From: Candidatus Binatia bacterium | Lineage (GTDB): Bacteria > Desulfobacterota > Binatia > Bin18 | Length of the DNA: 64,000 nucleotides | Assembly: GCA_963667495.1 (NCBI GenBank) | Contig: OY763426.1 | Coordinates: forward strand, 1,923,615-1,987,614 | Direction of reading: 5' to 3' | Part shown: piece by piece, positions 48,145 to 56,916 of the stretch | Position numbering within the stretch: the first letter of the stretch is position 1 | Layout: every line of letters begins with the position of its first letter | Made by a program: the position numbers and the translations under genes | Notes under the pieces: model-generated | Databases searched by the model: none | Told to the model about the DNA's origin: nothing | What the model saw: the letters and a program-made list of their open reading frames with translations, nothing else

Positions 48145-49986
48145 ATGACACGATACAACAGCGCGGAAAGCGCAACGCTCCAACCCACCCCGCCGCTAAC
48201 GCGGCACCCCTCCGAGGAGGGGATATTTTCTCTTCCCCTCCTTGGAGGGGTGGCCGAAGGCCGGGGTGGGTTCCCTTTCCTCTCCCCTCTCGGGAGGGGT
48301 GGTCCTGAGCTTGGCGAAGCCTGTCCTGAGCCTCCTTCGACTTCGCTTCACTACGCTCAGGATGAACGGGGTCGAAGGAGGACGGGGTGGGTACTCCCCC
48401 GCTTCCTCCGCTGCCGGCGGGCCGCGGGCACGGCCCTGACCGCGGCCCTGTTCACCCTCATGAGCCTGGCCGGCATCGCCTTTGCCAGCGACCACGTCTG
48501 GCTGGTCTATCAGCGCGACCTGCTCAAGGCCGCCACCGATGCGGCCAGCATTGCCACCACCAAGGCTCTGCACGCGCTCCCCTCCAGCCTGACCAATAAA
48601 AAAGTCAAGAAAAAACTGCTCCCCACTGCCAAGCGCTACATTCTGGCCAACATCCCGGAAGGCTACCGCGACCAGGTAAAAAAGACCTGGGAGGTCTCTA
48701 TCCGTCCCAACCGCAAGGCCGGTACGGTCAGGGTTTTCGCCACCGCCGACCTGGGCGGGGCCATCTTCGGCACGTGGCTGTGGGGTACGGTGGTCAGCGC
48801 GACCAAAGCAAAGAGTAAAACCGAGCGGGTTGAGAGCCTTTCCGAGGTCGTGTTGGCCATCGATATCACCAGCTCAATGCATGGAACTCTGGCTGGAGGG
48901 AAAACCCGCATGCAGGCCGTCAAGACCGCAGCCCTGACCTTGGTCGATGTCCTGACCGAAGGTGCAGGGAAATCCGTCGCCGTCGGCCTCGTGCCCTGGC
49001 ACTTCCAGGTGACACTTGACCCCGCCACACGAACGCGCTGGACAGACAACAACTGGGCCAGGTATCCGACCAAGCAGTATTATCCCAATCCCGGAGGCAA
49101 CGGCCCGGGCGAATGGCAGGACCCCCTGCCATCCCAGCCCGAAGCCTGGAAAGGCTGTGTGGACCAGCGCCAGACCTCCGGCTCGAACCCGCTTGGCCTG
49201 TCCACCGTCTCACCCCGAGTTGCGCCGTTCACCATGGGATTTTACTCTGCTACGGTCCCTGAATCCAACATAGGTAGCAGGATAGCCATCGCTTTCACGT
49301 GCGACCCGAGTAAGGGTAGGGGGGAGGGGCAGGTTTGTTATGCCGGGTGCGCCGAGGATGAGAATAAATGCGGGAAGTCAGAGGCGCTTCCCTACCGCTC
49401 ATGCCTGTCGGAGGATATCTGCTTCGATTTGTCTGGCCGGGTTGAACATCAACGGCCGCAGTGGAACTGCGAGCCTGACTCCTCTCTGTCATTGTCAGCG
49501 TTGCCTCCAATCCAGCCGCTGACAGAAGATACCACCACAATCAAGGATGGCATTACCGCCTTGGAACCAGCCGGGGCTGTCACCTATTCGGCGCTTGGCG
49601 TGCTGTGGGGCCATCGGCTGCTGGCACCGACGTGGCGCGACGCGTGGGGTGACCCGGTGCATCCGGTGGACCCGAGTCAGCATCAGGGCGCACAAAAGGC
49701 GCTGGTGCTGCTGACCGACGGGCAGGACACCTACGCCCGCTATACAAAAGCGACGCTGGAGGAACACCGCCAGACTGCCTGCAAAGCGGCCAAGGACGCC
49801 GGCATCAAGGTCTTTGTCATTGGGGTCGGAGACCTGCCGCGAGCGCAGCTCACCCAGTGTTCGAGCCAGGACCGCGACCCCAGCGGCGAATACCTTTTTC
49901 TGTACCAGAACGCCACCGCCGAAAACCTGCAAGCCGCCTTTGAGTCAATTGGCCGGCAACTCGTCCGGTTTCGGCGGGTGAGTTGA
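48145..49986 (+). CDS. TadG-like Flp-pilus assembly protein with VWA domain; 5' region composed of repeat copies; start uncertain
   Basis: RFLRCRRAAGTALTAALFTLMSLAGIAFA TadG/TadE-type N-terminal anchor, and a VWA MIDAS motif VLAIDITSSM. Confidence 0.65.
   Translation: MTRYNSAESATLQPTPPLTRHPSEEGIFSLPLLGGVAEGRGGFPFLSPLGRGGPELGEACPEPPSTSLHYAQDERGRRRTGWVLPRFLRCRRAAGTALTAALFTLMSLAGIAFASDHVWLVYQRDLLKAATDAASIATTKALHALPSSLTNKKVKKKLLPTAKRYILANIPEGYRDQVKKTWEVSIRPNRKAGTVRVFATADLGGAIFGTWLWGTVVSATKAKSKTERVESLSEVVLAIDITSSMHGTLAGGKTRMQAVKTAALTLVDVLTEGAGKSVAVGLVPWHFQVTLDPATRTRWTDNNWARYPTKQYYPNPGGNGPGEWQDPLPSQPEAWKGCVDQRQTSGSNPLGLSTVSPRVAPFTMGFYSATVPESNIGSRIAIAFTCDPSKGRGEGQVCYAGCAEDENKCGKSEALPYRSCLSEDICFDLSGRVEHQRPQWNCEPDSSLSLSALPPIQPLTEDTTTIKDGITALEPAGAVTYSALGVLWGHRLLAPTWRDAWGDPVHPVDPSQHQGAQKALVLLTDGQDTYARYTKATLEEHRQTACKAAKDAGIKVFVIGVGDLPRAQLTQCSSQDRDPSGEYLFLYQNATAENLQAAFESIGRQLVRFRRVS
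48181..48395. repeat. composite repeat block (R core plus CTGAGC/CTTCGACTTCGC module)
   Basis: CAACCCACCCCGCCGCTAACGCGGCACCCCTCCGAGGAGGGGAT...GGCCGGGGTGGGTTCC...GACGGGGTGGGTACTCC. Confidence 0.85.
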
Positions 49987-50167
49987 GCGGGGGGTATGAG
50001 AGTGGAACGGGTGACGGATATGATGGTGTTTGGCGGCCTGGGGAACCCACCCCGGCGAATGAATTGAGGAGGAAGGAAGCAGACAGCAATTTTACAGTTA
50101 AAAAACAGATATGGCCCACAATCGCGTTCGTTGACAACAACCCCAAACCGCAGGAAAGGAAACAGAT

Positions 50168-50380
50168 ATGCAGACTATCGTTCGTTACGGAAAACAGTTT
50201 ATTCAGTATGTGCGCAAAAACAGTGCCGTTTCGGCGTTGGAGTATGCGATTTTGATAGGGGTTGTTTCTGTGGCTATTGCGGCCGTGCTCTTTAATCTTG
50301 GCCAAAATATCAAAGGGGCGGTAGACGCGGCTAGTGAGAAAGTAACGGCGGCGAGAAAAGCCGCTAAGGTTAATAACTAA
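50168..50380 (+). CDS. Flp-family type IVb pilin
   Basis: 70 aa with a polar leader, then SAVSALEYAILIGVVSVAIAAVLF, an Flp-like xxAxEYxL motif plus a hydrophobic helix. Confidence 0.7.
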   Translation: MQTIVRYGKQFIQYVRKNSAVSALEYAILIGVVSVAIAAVLFNLGQNIKGAVDAASEKVTAARKAAKVNN

Positions 50381-50465
50381 TTAGACTTCATCCCTCCTTG
50401 GTTCCAGGTAAGAGTGGAGTTCCTATACGGACTTCCGCCATTCAGACCACGAGGAAAGCGCACCT

Positions 50466-50657
50466 ATGAAGCACCTCGCACGCCACACCCAAAAGTTCGC
50501 CTGCTACCTGTGCAGCACGCGCGCGGTGTCGGCCCTGGAATACGCCCTGGTGGTCGGCATCTCGGTTGTGGCCGTGGCGGGGGCCTATGAGGCGTTCAGG
50601 GCTGATATCGTGGCGTTGATGACGACCCTTGGGCAGCAGATCGGTGGGGGGAATTGA
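50466..50657 (+). CDS. Flp-family type IVb pilin (paralog)
   Basis: 63 aa, RAVSALEYALVVGISVVAVAGAY. Confidence 0.7.
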   Translation: MKHLARHTQKFACYLCSTRAVSALEYALVVGISVVAVAGAYEAFRADIVALMTTLGQQIGGGN

Positions 50658-50696
50658 GATGGGTGATGCCCAGTGTGTGCTCTGGCCGCTGGGGGC

Positions 50697-50805
50697 AACC
50701 CACCCCGGCCCTGCGGGCCACCCCTCCAAGGAGGGGATTTTCCGCATATCCCCTCCCCTATCCCCTCTCGGGAGGGGTGCCGCGGAGCGGCGGGGTGGGT
50801 TGGCT
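50697..50805. repeat. full copy of repeat family R between flp2 and cpaC
   Basis: GCAACCCACCCCGGCCCTGCGGGCCACCCCTCCAAGGAGGGGAT...CGGCGGGGTGGGTTGG. Confidence 0.85.
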
Positions 50806-50850
50806 CCGTTGTCATTGCCTCACCTGACCCGGCCCGTATAGTATTGCAGT

Positions 50851-53580
50851 GTGTTGGCAACGATGCATTGCGCGTACAGGCGCGTACTGTGGCTGCTGCT
50901 GGTTGGCCTATGGCTGGCCGCCGCCGGCCCGAGCTACGGTCAGGTCCCGAACGGCAACGGGCTGGAGGTGGTGCCGATTGAGACGCGCGCCGGGGCGCAT
51001 GAGGGCTATGGCCGCCTGGTGTTCGACTGGCCGTGGGCCGTGGCCTATGGCGCGCAAATGGAAGGAACGACGCTGACTGTCATGTTCGACCGCCGTCTGC
51101 AGACCACCTTCGGGCAGGTGCCGCGCTATCTGGGGGCGTATATCAGCGATATCGCCTTGGGCTCGGACCGCCAGAGCGTGGTGGCAACCCTGACCGACGA
51201 GTACCGGCTGCGGACGTTTTTGCTCAATAGCGAGGACGGCGGCGTTAAAGTTGTAGTCGATTTGTTGGCCGACGGAGAGGCAGGCTCGATGCTTGCCCAG
51301 GCTCCGACCCCCCTTGCCCCGGAGTCGTCTCCCGAGGCCGTCCCCGGAGATTCCCCCTCCCCCATAATCTCCGGGGACTCCCCCTCTCCCCCCACCCCTG
51401 CGCTGCCCTTTGCCGTTGGACCATCCCCGCTTGGGGAGGGAGAAGGGGAGAACCCACCCCGGCCTACGGCCACCCCTCCAGGGAGGGGATTAGAAGGGGA
51501 AACCTCCGCAACCGAAGTGGCCGGGCCGCCCGAAGTGGACACGATATCCCCTCCTGGGATGGGTGCTGCGGAGCAGCGGGGTGGGTTAGCGGACGTACCG
51601 CCATCCCTTGACCCGAACGAGGAACAGTTAGCAGAACAGAGTGCAGACCAGGCGGTGGCTCCCCCATCGGAAACGGTAACGGAGCCGGCGGGGGCAAACC
51701 CACCCCGGCCCGTTGGGCCACCCCTCCAGGGAGGGGATGAGGAAGAGGCTCGTCTCTCGGGAGGAGCAGAAATATCCCCGTCTGTGAAAACCGACGCGGA
51801 TACACCTCCGGCGGAGCCCGACTCGTCACTCGAATCGGTTCCGACCGCCGAAGCGACGCCTCCGGTTGAGACAACCGCAGCGCCCGAACAAGTTACGGAA
51901 CCCGCACCCGAGGCTGCTCCCCCGGCTGAAACCGCAGCAGCGTCCTCGTCTGTCGCCGCGAACGGGGACCAGACAACCGGACAGAACGCAGACCAAGCGG
52001 TGGCTCCCCCATTGGAAACGGTAACTGAGACGGCGGGGGCAAACCCACCCCGGCCCGTTGGGCCACCCCTCCAGGGAGGGGATGAAGAAGAGGGACCCCC
52101 TGCAATGGTCACCCCTCCCGAGAGGGGATCAGAGGAGGCTCCCCCGGCGGTGAAAGCAGATGCGGACGTGCCTCCGACTGAACCGACACAAGAAACCGTC
52201 TCAGAAGAGACACCTCCGGTCACGACCGACCCGAATCCCGAATCCCCAACCCCCGATCAGGCCGGGCACCCACAGGGGGGTGCCCCTACACCCGATCGGG
52301 CCGGGCACCCACAGGGGGGTGCCCCTACACCCGACCCCAACTCCCAATTCCCTACCCTGCCGGCCTCGGTGCGGATTCCGGTCTCTCAGAGCCGCCTCTT
52401 TCGGCTGGATACGCCGGCGGCGTCGGTCTTTGTGGCCGACCCGGCCATTGCGGATGTACAGCTTGTGTCGTCCGGGGTGCTGTTCGTGGTGGCCAAGGCC
52501 GTGGGCCGCACATCGGTGGCGGTGCTGGATGCCGATAGCGCGCTGATTGGCGAGTGGACCATCAACACGGTCCTGGATATCCAGCCGGTGCGGGCCGCGC
52601 TCGAAGGCGTGCCGGCGCTCGGCAACGTGACGGTCCGTCAACTCAACAGAGGCGTGGAACTCGGCGGCACGGTGGCTTCGATTGCCGAGGCCGACCTGGC
52701 CCTGCGACTGACGACCACCGCTCTGCCGGAAGAGACGCCGGTGGAAAACCGCATTCGCGTGACCGGCAAACAGCAGGTCAACCTGGAAGTGCAGATCGCC
52801 GAAGTGCAGCGTAGCGTCAGCGAAACCCTGGGTTTCAACTGGGAAGTGCTGCCGGAGATTGGCGACGGGCGCGCCCTCGGCATGCGGGTCGGGCGTTTCT
52901 TTTTTGATGAGGCGCTGGGCGGATTCCTGTCGCAGGAATCGGACGACGGGCGGGCCGCGGCCTTGTTCGGCAGCAGCGGTGTTGCCGCCGGCAGAGTCAC
53001 GGTGCGGGGGATGATCGATGCCCTGGCCTCCGCGGGGCTGGCCACGGTGCTGGCGCGGCCCAATGTGACTGCGGTCTCGGGCGAGACGGCCAGCTTTTTT
53101 TCGGGTGGGGAATATCCCCTGCCGTCGGGCTTTGAGGACGGCGCGATTATTTTTGAGTATAAAAAATACGGCGTGCTGCTGGATTTTGTGCCGACGATTA
53201 TTGACAGCGGGCGCATTATGCTGACCGTGCGCCCGGAAGTGTCGCAGCGCTCGGACACGGACTCGCTGACCGTCACCGGGATCGATATTCCGGTCATCAA
53301 TGTGCGCCGGGCCGAGACTACGGTGGAGGTCGGCGACGGCGAGTCGATTGTGATTGCCGGGCTGTACCGCGACCAGAGCGAGGCGATTGAGTCCGGTCTG
53401 CCGGTCGTCAAGGATATTCCGCTGCTGGGCATGTTGTTCGGCTCGCAGTCGGTCCGCTCAAGTGCCACCGAGCTGATTGTGGTGGTCACGGCGCGGCTGA
53501 CCACCGCCACAGTCATGCCCCGCACGACCGACCAGAACCGCCAACTGCCGGGGCGGCGGGTGCGCGGGTATCATTATTGA
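50851..53580 (+). CDS. cpaC: Tad/Flp pilus secretin CpaC/RcpA. The N-terminal ~150-aa domain is possibly AMIN-like, followed by a ~450-aa Pro/Glu/Thr/Ala-rich linker.
   Basis: Signal peptide. Pilus-formation N-domain (RLFRLDTPAASVFVADPAIADVQLVSSGVLFVVAKAVGRTSVAV). C-terminal secretin core (VNLEVQIAEVQRS...GGEYPLP...VVVTARL). Confidence 0.8.
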   Translation: MLATMHCAYRRVLWLLLVGLWLAAAGPSYGQVPNGNGLEVVPIETRAGAHEGYGRLVFDWPWAVAYGAQMEGTTLTVMFDRRLQTTFGQVPRYLGAYISDIALGSDRQSVVATLTDEYRLRTFLLNSEDGGVKVVVDLLADGEAGSMLAQAPTPLAPESSPEAVPGDSPSPIISGDSPSPPTPALPFAVGPSPLGEGEGENPPRPTATPPGRGLEGETSATEVAGPPEVDTISPPGMGAAEQRGGLADVPPSLDPNEEQLAEQSADQAVAPPSETVTEPAGANPPRPVGPPLQGGDEEEARLSGGAEISPSVKTDADTPPAEPDSSLESVPTAEATPPVETTAAPEQVTEPAPEAAPPAETAAASSSVAANGDQTTGQNADQAVAPPLETVTETAGANPPRPVGPPLQGGDEEEGPPAMVTPPERGSEEAPPAVKADADVPPTEPTQETVSEETPPVTTDPNPESPTPDQAGHPQGGAPTPDRAGHPQGGAPTPDPNSQFPTLPASVRIPVSQSRLFRLDTPAASVFVADPAIADVQLVSSGVLFVVAKAVGRTSVAVLDADSALIGEWTINTVLDIQPVRAALEGVPALGNVTVRQLNRGVELGGTVASIAEADLALRLTTTALPEETPVENRIRVTGKQQVNLEVQIAEVQRSVSETLGFNWEVLPEIGDGRALGMRVGRFFFDEALGGFLSQESDDGRAAALFGSSGVAAGRVTVRGMIDALASAGLATVLARPNVTAVSGETASFFSGGEYPLPSGFEDGAIIFEYKKYGVLLDFVPTIIDSGRIMLTVRPEVSQRSDTDSLTVTGIDIPVINVRRAETTVEVGDGESIVIAGLYRDQSEAIESGLPVVKDIPLLGMLFGSQSVRSSATELIVVVTARLTTATVMPRTTDQNRQLPGRRVRGYHY
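51450..52085. repeat. three in-frame R-core copies (51450-51492, 51695-51740, 52040-52085) inside the secretin linker, within a ~117-nt segmental duplication
   Basis: Translated as ENPPRPTATPPGRG and twice as ANPPRPVGPPLQGGDEEE. The flanking QNADQAVAPPLETVTE(T/P)AG context is duplicated. Confidence 0.8.
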
Positions 53581-53597
53581 AGTGTGATGCAACAAAG

Positions 53598-53700
53598 GAA
53601 CCCACCCCGGTCCTTCGCCAGGCTCAGGACCACCCCTCCAAGGAGGGGAGCAGCACACATCCCCTCTTGGGAGGGGTGCCGCGTCAGCGGCGGGGTGGGT
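53598..53700. repeat. repeat family R copy immediately after the cpaC stop
   Basis: GGAACCCACCCCGGTCCTTCGCCAGGCTCAGGACCACCCCTCCAAGGAGGGGAG...GGCGGGGTGGGTATG. Confidence 0.85.
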
Positions 53701-53796
53701 ATGACGGGCGTATCGTCCTCGTCTGCCGTTGCGGATGGGGCAAGAGAAAAGGGGGTGGTTCCTTCCTCGGAAGGGGTTGGCGATTTGGGAAGGTCG

Positions 53797-54020
53797 AACC
53801 CACCCCGGCCCGTTGGGCCACCCCTCCTTGGAGGGGAGCAGCACATCCCCTCTTGGGAGGGAAAGAGGAAACGTATCCTCCAAACAGCCCTCAATGCCGG
53901 ACACGTTTCCTCTTTGTGCCGCGTCAGCGGCGGGGTGGGTTATCCCCGGTCGGACAGTGTATACGGGAACCCACCCCGGTCCTTCGCCAAGCTCAGGACA
54001 GGCTCTCCGAGGAGGGGATG
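53797..54020. repeat. composite repeat block (R cores plus GAAAGAGGAAACGT module)
   Basis: Same modules as the 47.3-kb and 54.8-kb blocks. Confidence 0.85.
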
Positions 54021-54035
54021 AAAAAGGGGAGGCTA

Positions 54036-54400
54036 TGAAACGCAAGATCGTACCGTATAACCCACGCCTGAAAGAACGCGCGCGCTCCCTTCGGCAGCAT
54101 ATGACGCGGGCGGAGGTGCTGTTGTGGCAACAGCTCAGGGCGCGGCAGATGGAGGGCTGTGATTTTGACCGCCAACGCCCGATCGACGAGTATATCGTGG
54201 ACTTTTTCAGCAAAGACCTGATGCTGGCCATTGAGGTTGATGGCGTCACCCACGACAGTGCGACGGGACAGCAACACGACCGGCGGCGACAGCAACGGCT
54301 GGAAGCGCTGGGGGTGCGGTTTTTACGCTTTCAGGATGAAGAGGTCAGGCAGAACCTGGAAGGAGTGTTGACGGTGATTCGGGAGTGGGTCCGGGGAAGG
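54036..54400 (+). CDS. DUF559 (Vsr-like fold) endonuclease-domain protein
   Basis: PYNPRLKERARSLRQHMTRAEVLLWQQLR...DFFSKDLMLAIEVDGVTHD...RRRQQRLEALGVRFLRF matches the DUF559 consensus. ATG after GGGGAGG. Flanked by repeat blocks on both sides. Confidence 0.65.
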
Positions 54401-54494
54401 AACCCACCCCGGTCCTTCGCCAAGCTCAGGACCACCCCTCCAGGGAGGGGATAGAAAAAACTAGGGGTGCTGCGAAGCAGCGGGGTAGGCGGGG
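54399..54494. repeat. repeat family R copy
   Basis: GGAACCCACCCCGGTCCTTCGCCAAGCTCAGGACCACCCCTCCAGGGAGGGGAT. Confidence 0.8.
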
Positions 54495-54503
54495 ATGGTG
54501 TGG

Positions 54504-54755
54504 TTATTGGCGGGGTGAGGCTTGGGCGCTGCGCTCCAAAAGCTCACGGAGGCCCGCACTCTGCTCACGGAGACTCGCACTCTGCTCACGGAGGCCCGCA
54601 CCCATGTCCTCAAGGGCTTTGGCCTGCTGGATCATCAAGACGGTACTGGCCTCCCGGCTCGTATTATTTTTTCGCATCTCCCAAATGCCCCAGGCAATAA
54701 TGCCGAGTTGTGCCATATAATAGCTGATGGATGCCCATTCAAATGTCGTCATATT
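54504..54755 (-). CDS. small single-TM hypothetical protein with LREQSA(S/G) x3 repeat
   Basis: The internal Met of the listed ORF. The rest of the listed ORF is repeat-derived. It contains a 21-nt x3 tandem repeat. Confidence 0.35.
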   Translation of the reverse strand, partial: NMTTFEWASISYYMAQLGIIAWGIWEMRKNNTSREASTVLMIQQAKALEDMGAGLREQSASLREQSAGLRELLERSAQASPRQ

Positions 54756-54835
54756 CTTTCCCTTGTCAACATGTGTTGACTGCTCCTGAAAGTAGGGAAC
54801 GCCATACGCCCTGTCAACGGCGCAACGTGACACTA

Positions 54836-55030
54836 TATCCCCTCTTGGGAGGGAAAGAGGAAACGTATCCTCCAAACAGCCCTCAATGCGGGACACGTTT
54901 CCTCTTTGTGCCGCGTCAGCGGCGGGGTGGGTTTGCCCGGTCGGACAGTGTATACGGGAACCCACCCCGGCCTGCGGCCACCCCTCCGAGGAGGGGATAA
55001 GACTAAAGCTCCCCTCTTGGGAGGGGATGA
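54836..55030. repeat. composite repeat block (GAAAGAGGAAACGT module plus R core)
   Basis: Modules as named. Confidence 0.85.
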
Positions 55031-55056
55031 AGAGGTAATGCGGAACACTGAGGAGA

Positions 55057-55380
55057 ATGCCCATGCCCACCCCACCCCACCGCTTTCTGCCCGTACTGCT
55101 GGCCGTCGCGCTGACCTGTGCCGGTTGTAGCGTGGTGCCGCTGTCGCTGTACCAGACCCTGCCGTCCACCCGCATGGCGCTGGCCACGCTCGAAGAGACG
55201 CAGCGCAGCCTGGACGACACGCGAGCGGATTATGCGGATAGCCTTGAGGCGGCCCCGGTCGAACGACCGGTCGCGGCCTATGGAGCGACTCATGGCGCGT
55301 ATCAGCGCTGGGTAGCGGACGAGGTGCGTGAGCTGCCGGACGTGTCGCAAACCATCGCTATCGGAGGGGGCGACACCTAG
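55057..55380 (+). CDS. lipoprotein of unknown function in Tad locus (possible CpaD/RcpB-position analog)
   Basis: Lipobox LTCAGC. 107 aa. Confidence 0.4.
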   Translation: MPMPTPPHRFLPVLLAVALTCAGCSVVPLSLYQTLPSTRMALATLEETQRSLDDTRADYADSLEAAPVERPVAAYGATHGAYQRWVADEVRELPDVSQTIAIGGGDT

Positions 55381-55413
55381 AGCCCGAGGCGGTCTGACTG
55401 AGGAAAGCAGGTA

Positions 55414-55678
55414 TATGACAGAGTACGAAACAGCCAACCTCGCCCTCCAAACAGCCAGCCTCACGCTTCAGCGGTATACCGTCATCGCGCAAGTGCTGAT
55501 TGGCGCGGTACAATGTATGCTGATCGCCGGTGGGTTGTGGCTCATGAAAAAGGCGGCCAGCACCCGGGACGCGCAACACCAGGAGGCGAGAGACCAGCAT
55601 CGAGAAACCATGGTCGTGCTCCAACAGCAGGGCGAAGCCTTGCGTACCCTGATTGAGCGCACGGCCCCACCGGCATGA
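55414..55678 (+). CDS. small single-TM hypothetical protein, architecture similar to the 54504-54755 gene
   Basis: ATG after GAGGAAAG. TM helix VIAQVLIGAVQCMLIAGGLWLM. Q-rich helical tail. Confidence 0.4.
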
Positions 55679-55748
55679 ATTCCTGTCACTACAAAAAGTC
55701 AATCCGACACGGAGCAATTGGAACGCCGAGAGATTGAGAGCGCCGTCC

Positions 55749-56894
55749 ATGGAAGCGACCGATACCAGCAGTATCCTGGCTTTTGCGGCTGACACGGAAA
55801 CCGAACGGGTGCTGAAAGGCGCGCTGGCCGGGCGTGGGGCCCAGGTGCGGCGCGGGGACATGACGGCAGCCATCAAAACGCTGAGTTCGGCGGCCTCACC
55901 CCGCTTGCTGCTCGTTGACCTGGACGGCACCGAGTTTCCGGTCGGACGGATTCACGAGTTGGCCGCGGTGTGCGAGTTCGGCACCGCGGTCGTGGCCGTC
56001 AGCTCGAATGACACGGCCCGCTTTACCCGCGAACTGCTGGCCTGCGGGGTCAGCGATTATCTGCCCAAACCTCTGACGGTCAGCGATATTCACGATGCCG
56101 TGACCACCGCACTCAGAGACGAGGATGAGGCGGAGGCCCGTTTGTACGCCGGACGGGTGATTGCGTTTGCCGGCTGTGGTGGCAGCGGGGCCACGACTCT
56201 GGCCGCGCTGACGGCCCTGACCGCGGCGACTCAGGGCAGCTATGTGTCGGTCCTGGACCTGGAGCGGACCGCCGGGGCGCTGCCGCTGATGCTGGATGTG
56301 GAGCCGGCGGTGGGGTTTGACGAGTTGCTTGACCTGGCGGCCAAACCCGACCCGGACCCGGACATGATTGATGGGGTGCGGACGCGGGTGACGCCGCGTG
56401 TCTCTGTGTACGGCTATCGGGCGGGCGACAGCCTGCCTCCCCCGCCCACGGCTGAGGCCGTCCTCTGGTTGATGGAGCAGTTGGCTAACCGTTCCCACCT
56501 GGTGATCGTGGACGGCCTGACGGATACCGACCTGCTGTTTTCCGTGTTGCCAACTGCCAACGAACGGGTGCTGGTCTTTGAGCCGACTCTGGTCAGTCTG
56601 AACCGGGTGATTCGCCGCCTGGTGCTGCTCGGCAATGACAACCCGAGCCTGCTGGTCGAAAACCATACGCGAGCGCCCAAGGGGGCCTTGTCCGCGGAGG
56701 ATATTCGTTACACCCTGGCTGGGCGCGAGCCGGACGCGACCATGCCCTTTGAGCCCGGCCTGCCGGCGGCCACCAACTACGGTCTGCCGGAACGGGAGTT
56801 CGGCAAAAAATACCGCAAAGCCCTGGAAGCGCTGACCGTCCGGCTGATCCGACCGGCCACTTCGCTGGCCGACGCGGTGCAGAACGACTATTAA
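55749..56894 (+). CDS. cpaE: Flp pilus assembly protein CpaE/TadZ (receiver-like domain + MinD/ParA-like ATPase)
   Basis: N-terminal pseudo-receiver (LLLVDLDG), then a deviant Walker A region (FAGCGGSGATTLAA). Confidence 0.7.
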   Translation: MEATDTSSILAFAADTETERVLKGALAGRGAQVRRGDMTAAIKTLSSAASPRLLLVDLDGTEFPVGRIHELAAVCEFGTAVVAVSSNDTARFTRELLACGVSDYLPKPLTVSDIHDAVTTALRDEDEAEARLYAGRVIAFAGCGGSGATTLAALTALTAATQGSYVSVLDLERTAGALPLMLDVEPAVGFDELLDLAAKPDPDPDMIDGVRTRVTPRVSVYGYRAGDSLPPPPTAEAVLWLMEQLANRSHLVIVDGLTDTDLLFSVLPTANERVLVFEPTLVSLNRVIRRLVLLGNDNPSLLVENHTRAPKGALSAEDIRYTLAGREPDATMPFEPGLPAATNYGLPEREFGKKYRKALEALTVRLIRPATSLADAVQNDY

Positions 56895-56916
56895 CGCGTA
56901 GTTAAAGGGGATTTAT

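Noticed and set aside
51126-52223. 365-aa minus-strand ORF antisense to the secretin linker
   Set aside because: Gly/Ser/Ala-rich antisense translation of a GC-rich low-complexity region plus repeat cores. The sense strand carries a coherent secretin gene.
53577-54038. Several 145-240-aa plus-strand ORFs (53577, 53584, 53729 starts) and minus-strand 53458-54249
   Set aside because: They are composed almost entirely of translated repeat modules (EPTP../NPPRP../THPGP.. peptides). Only the DUF559 portion (54036-54400) is a real gene.
55896-56666. 256-aa minus-strand ORF
   Set aside because: Antisense to cpaE.
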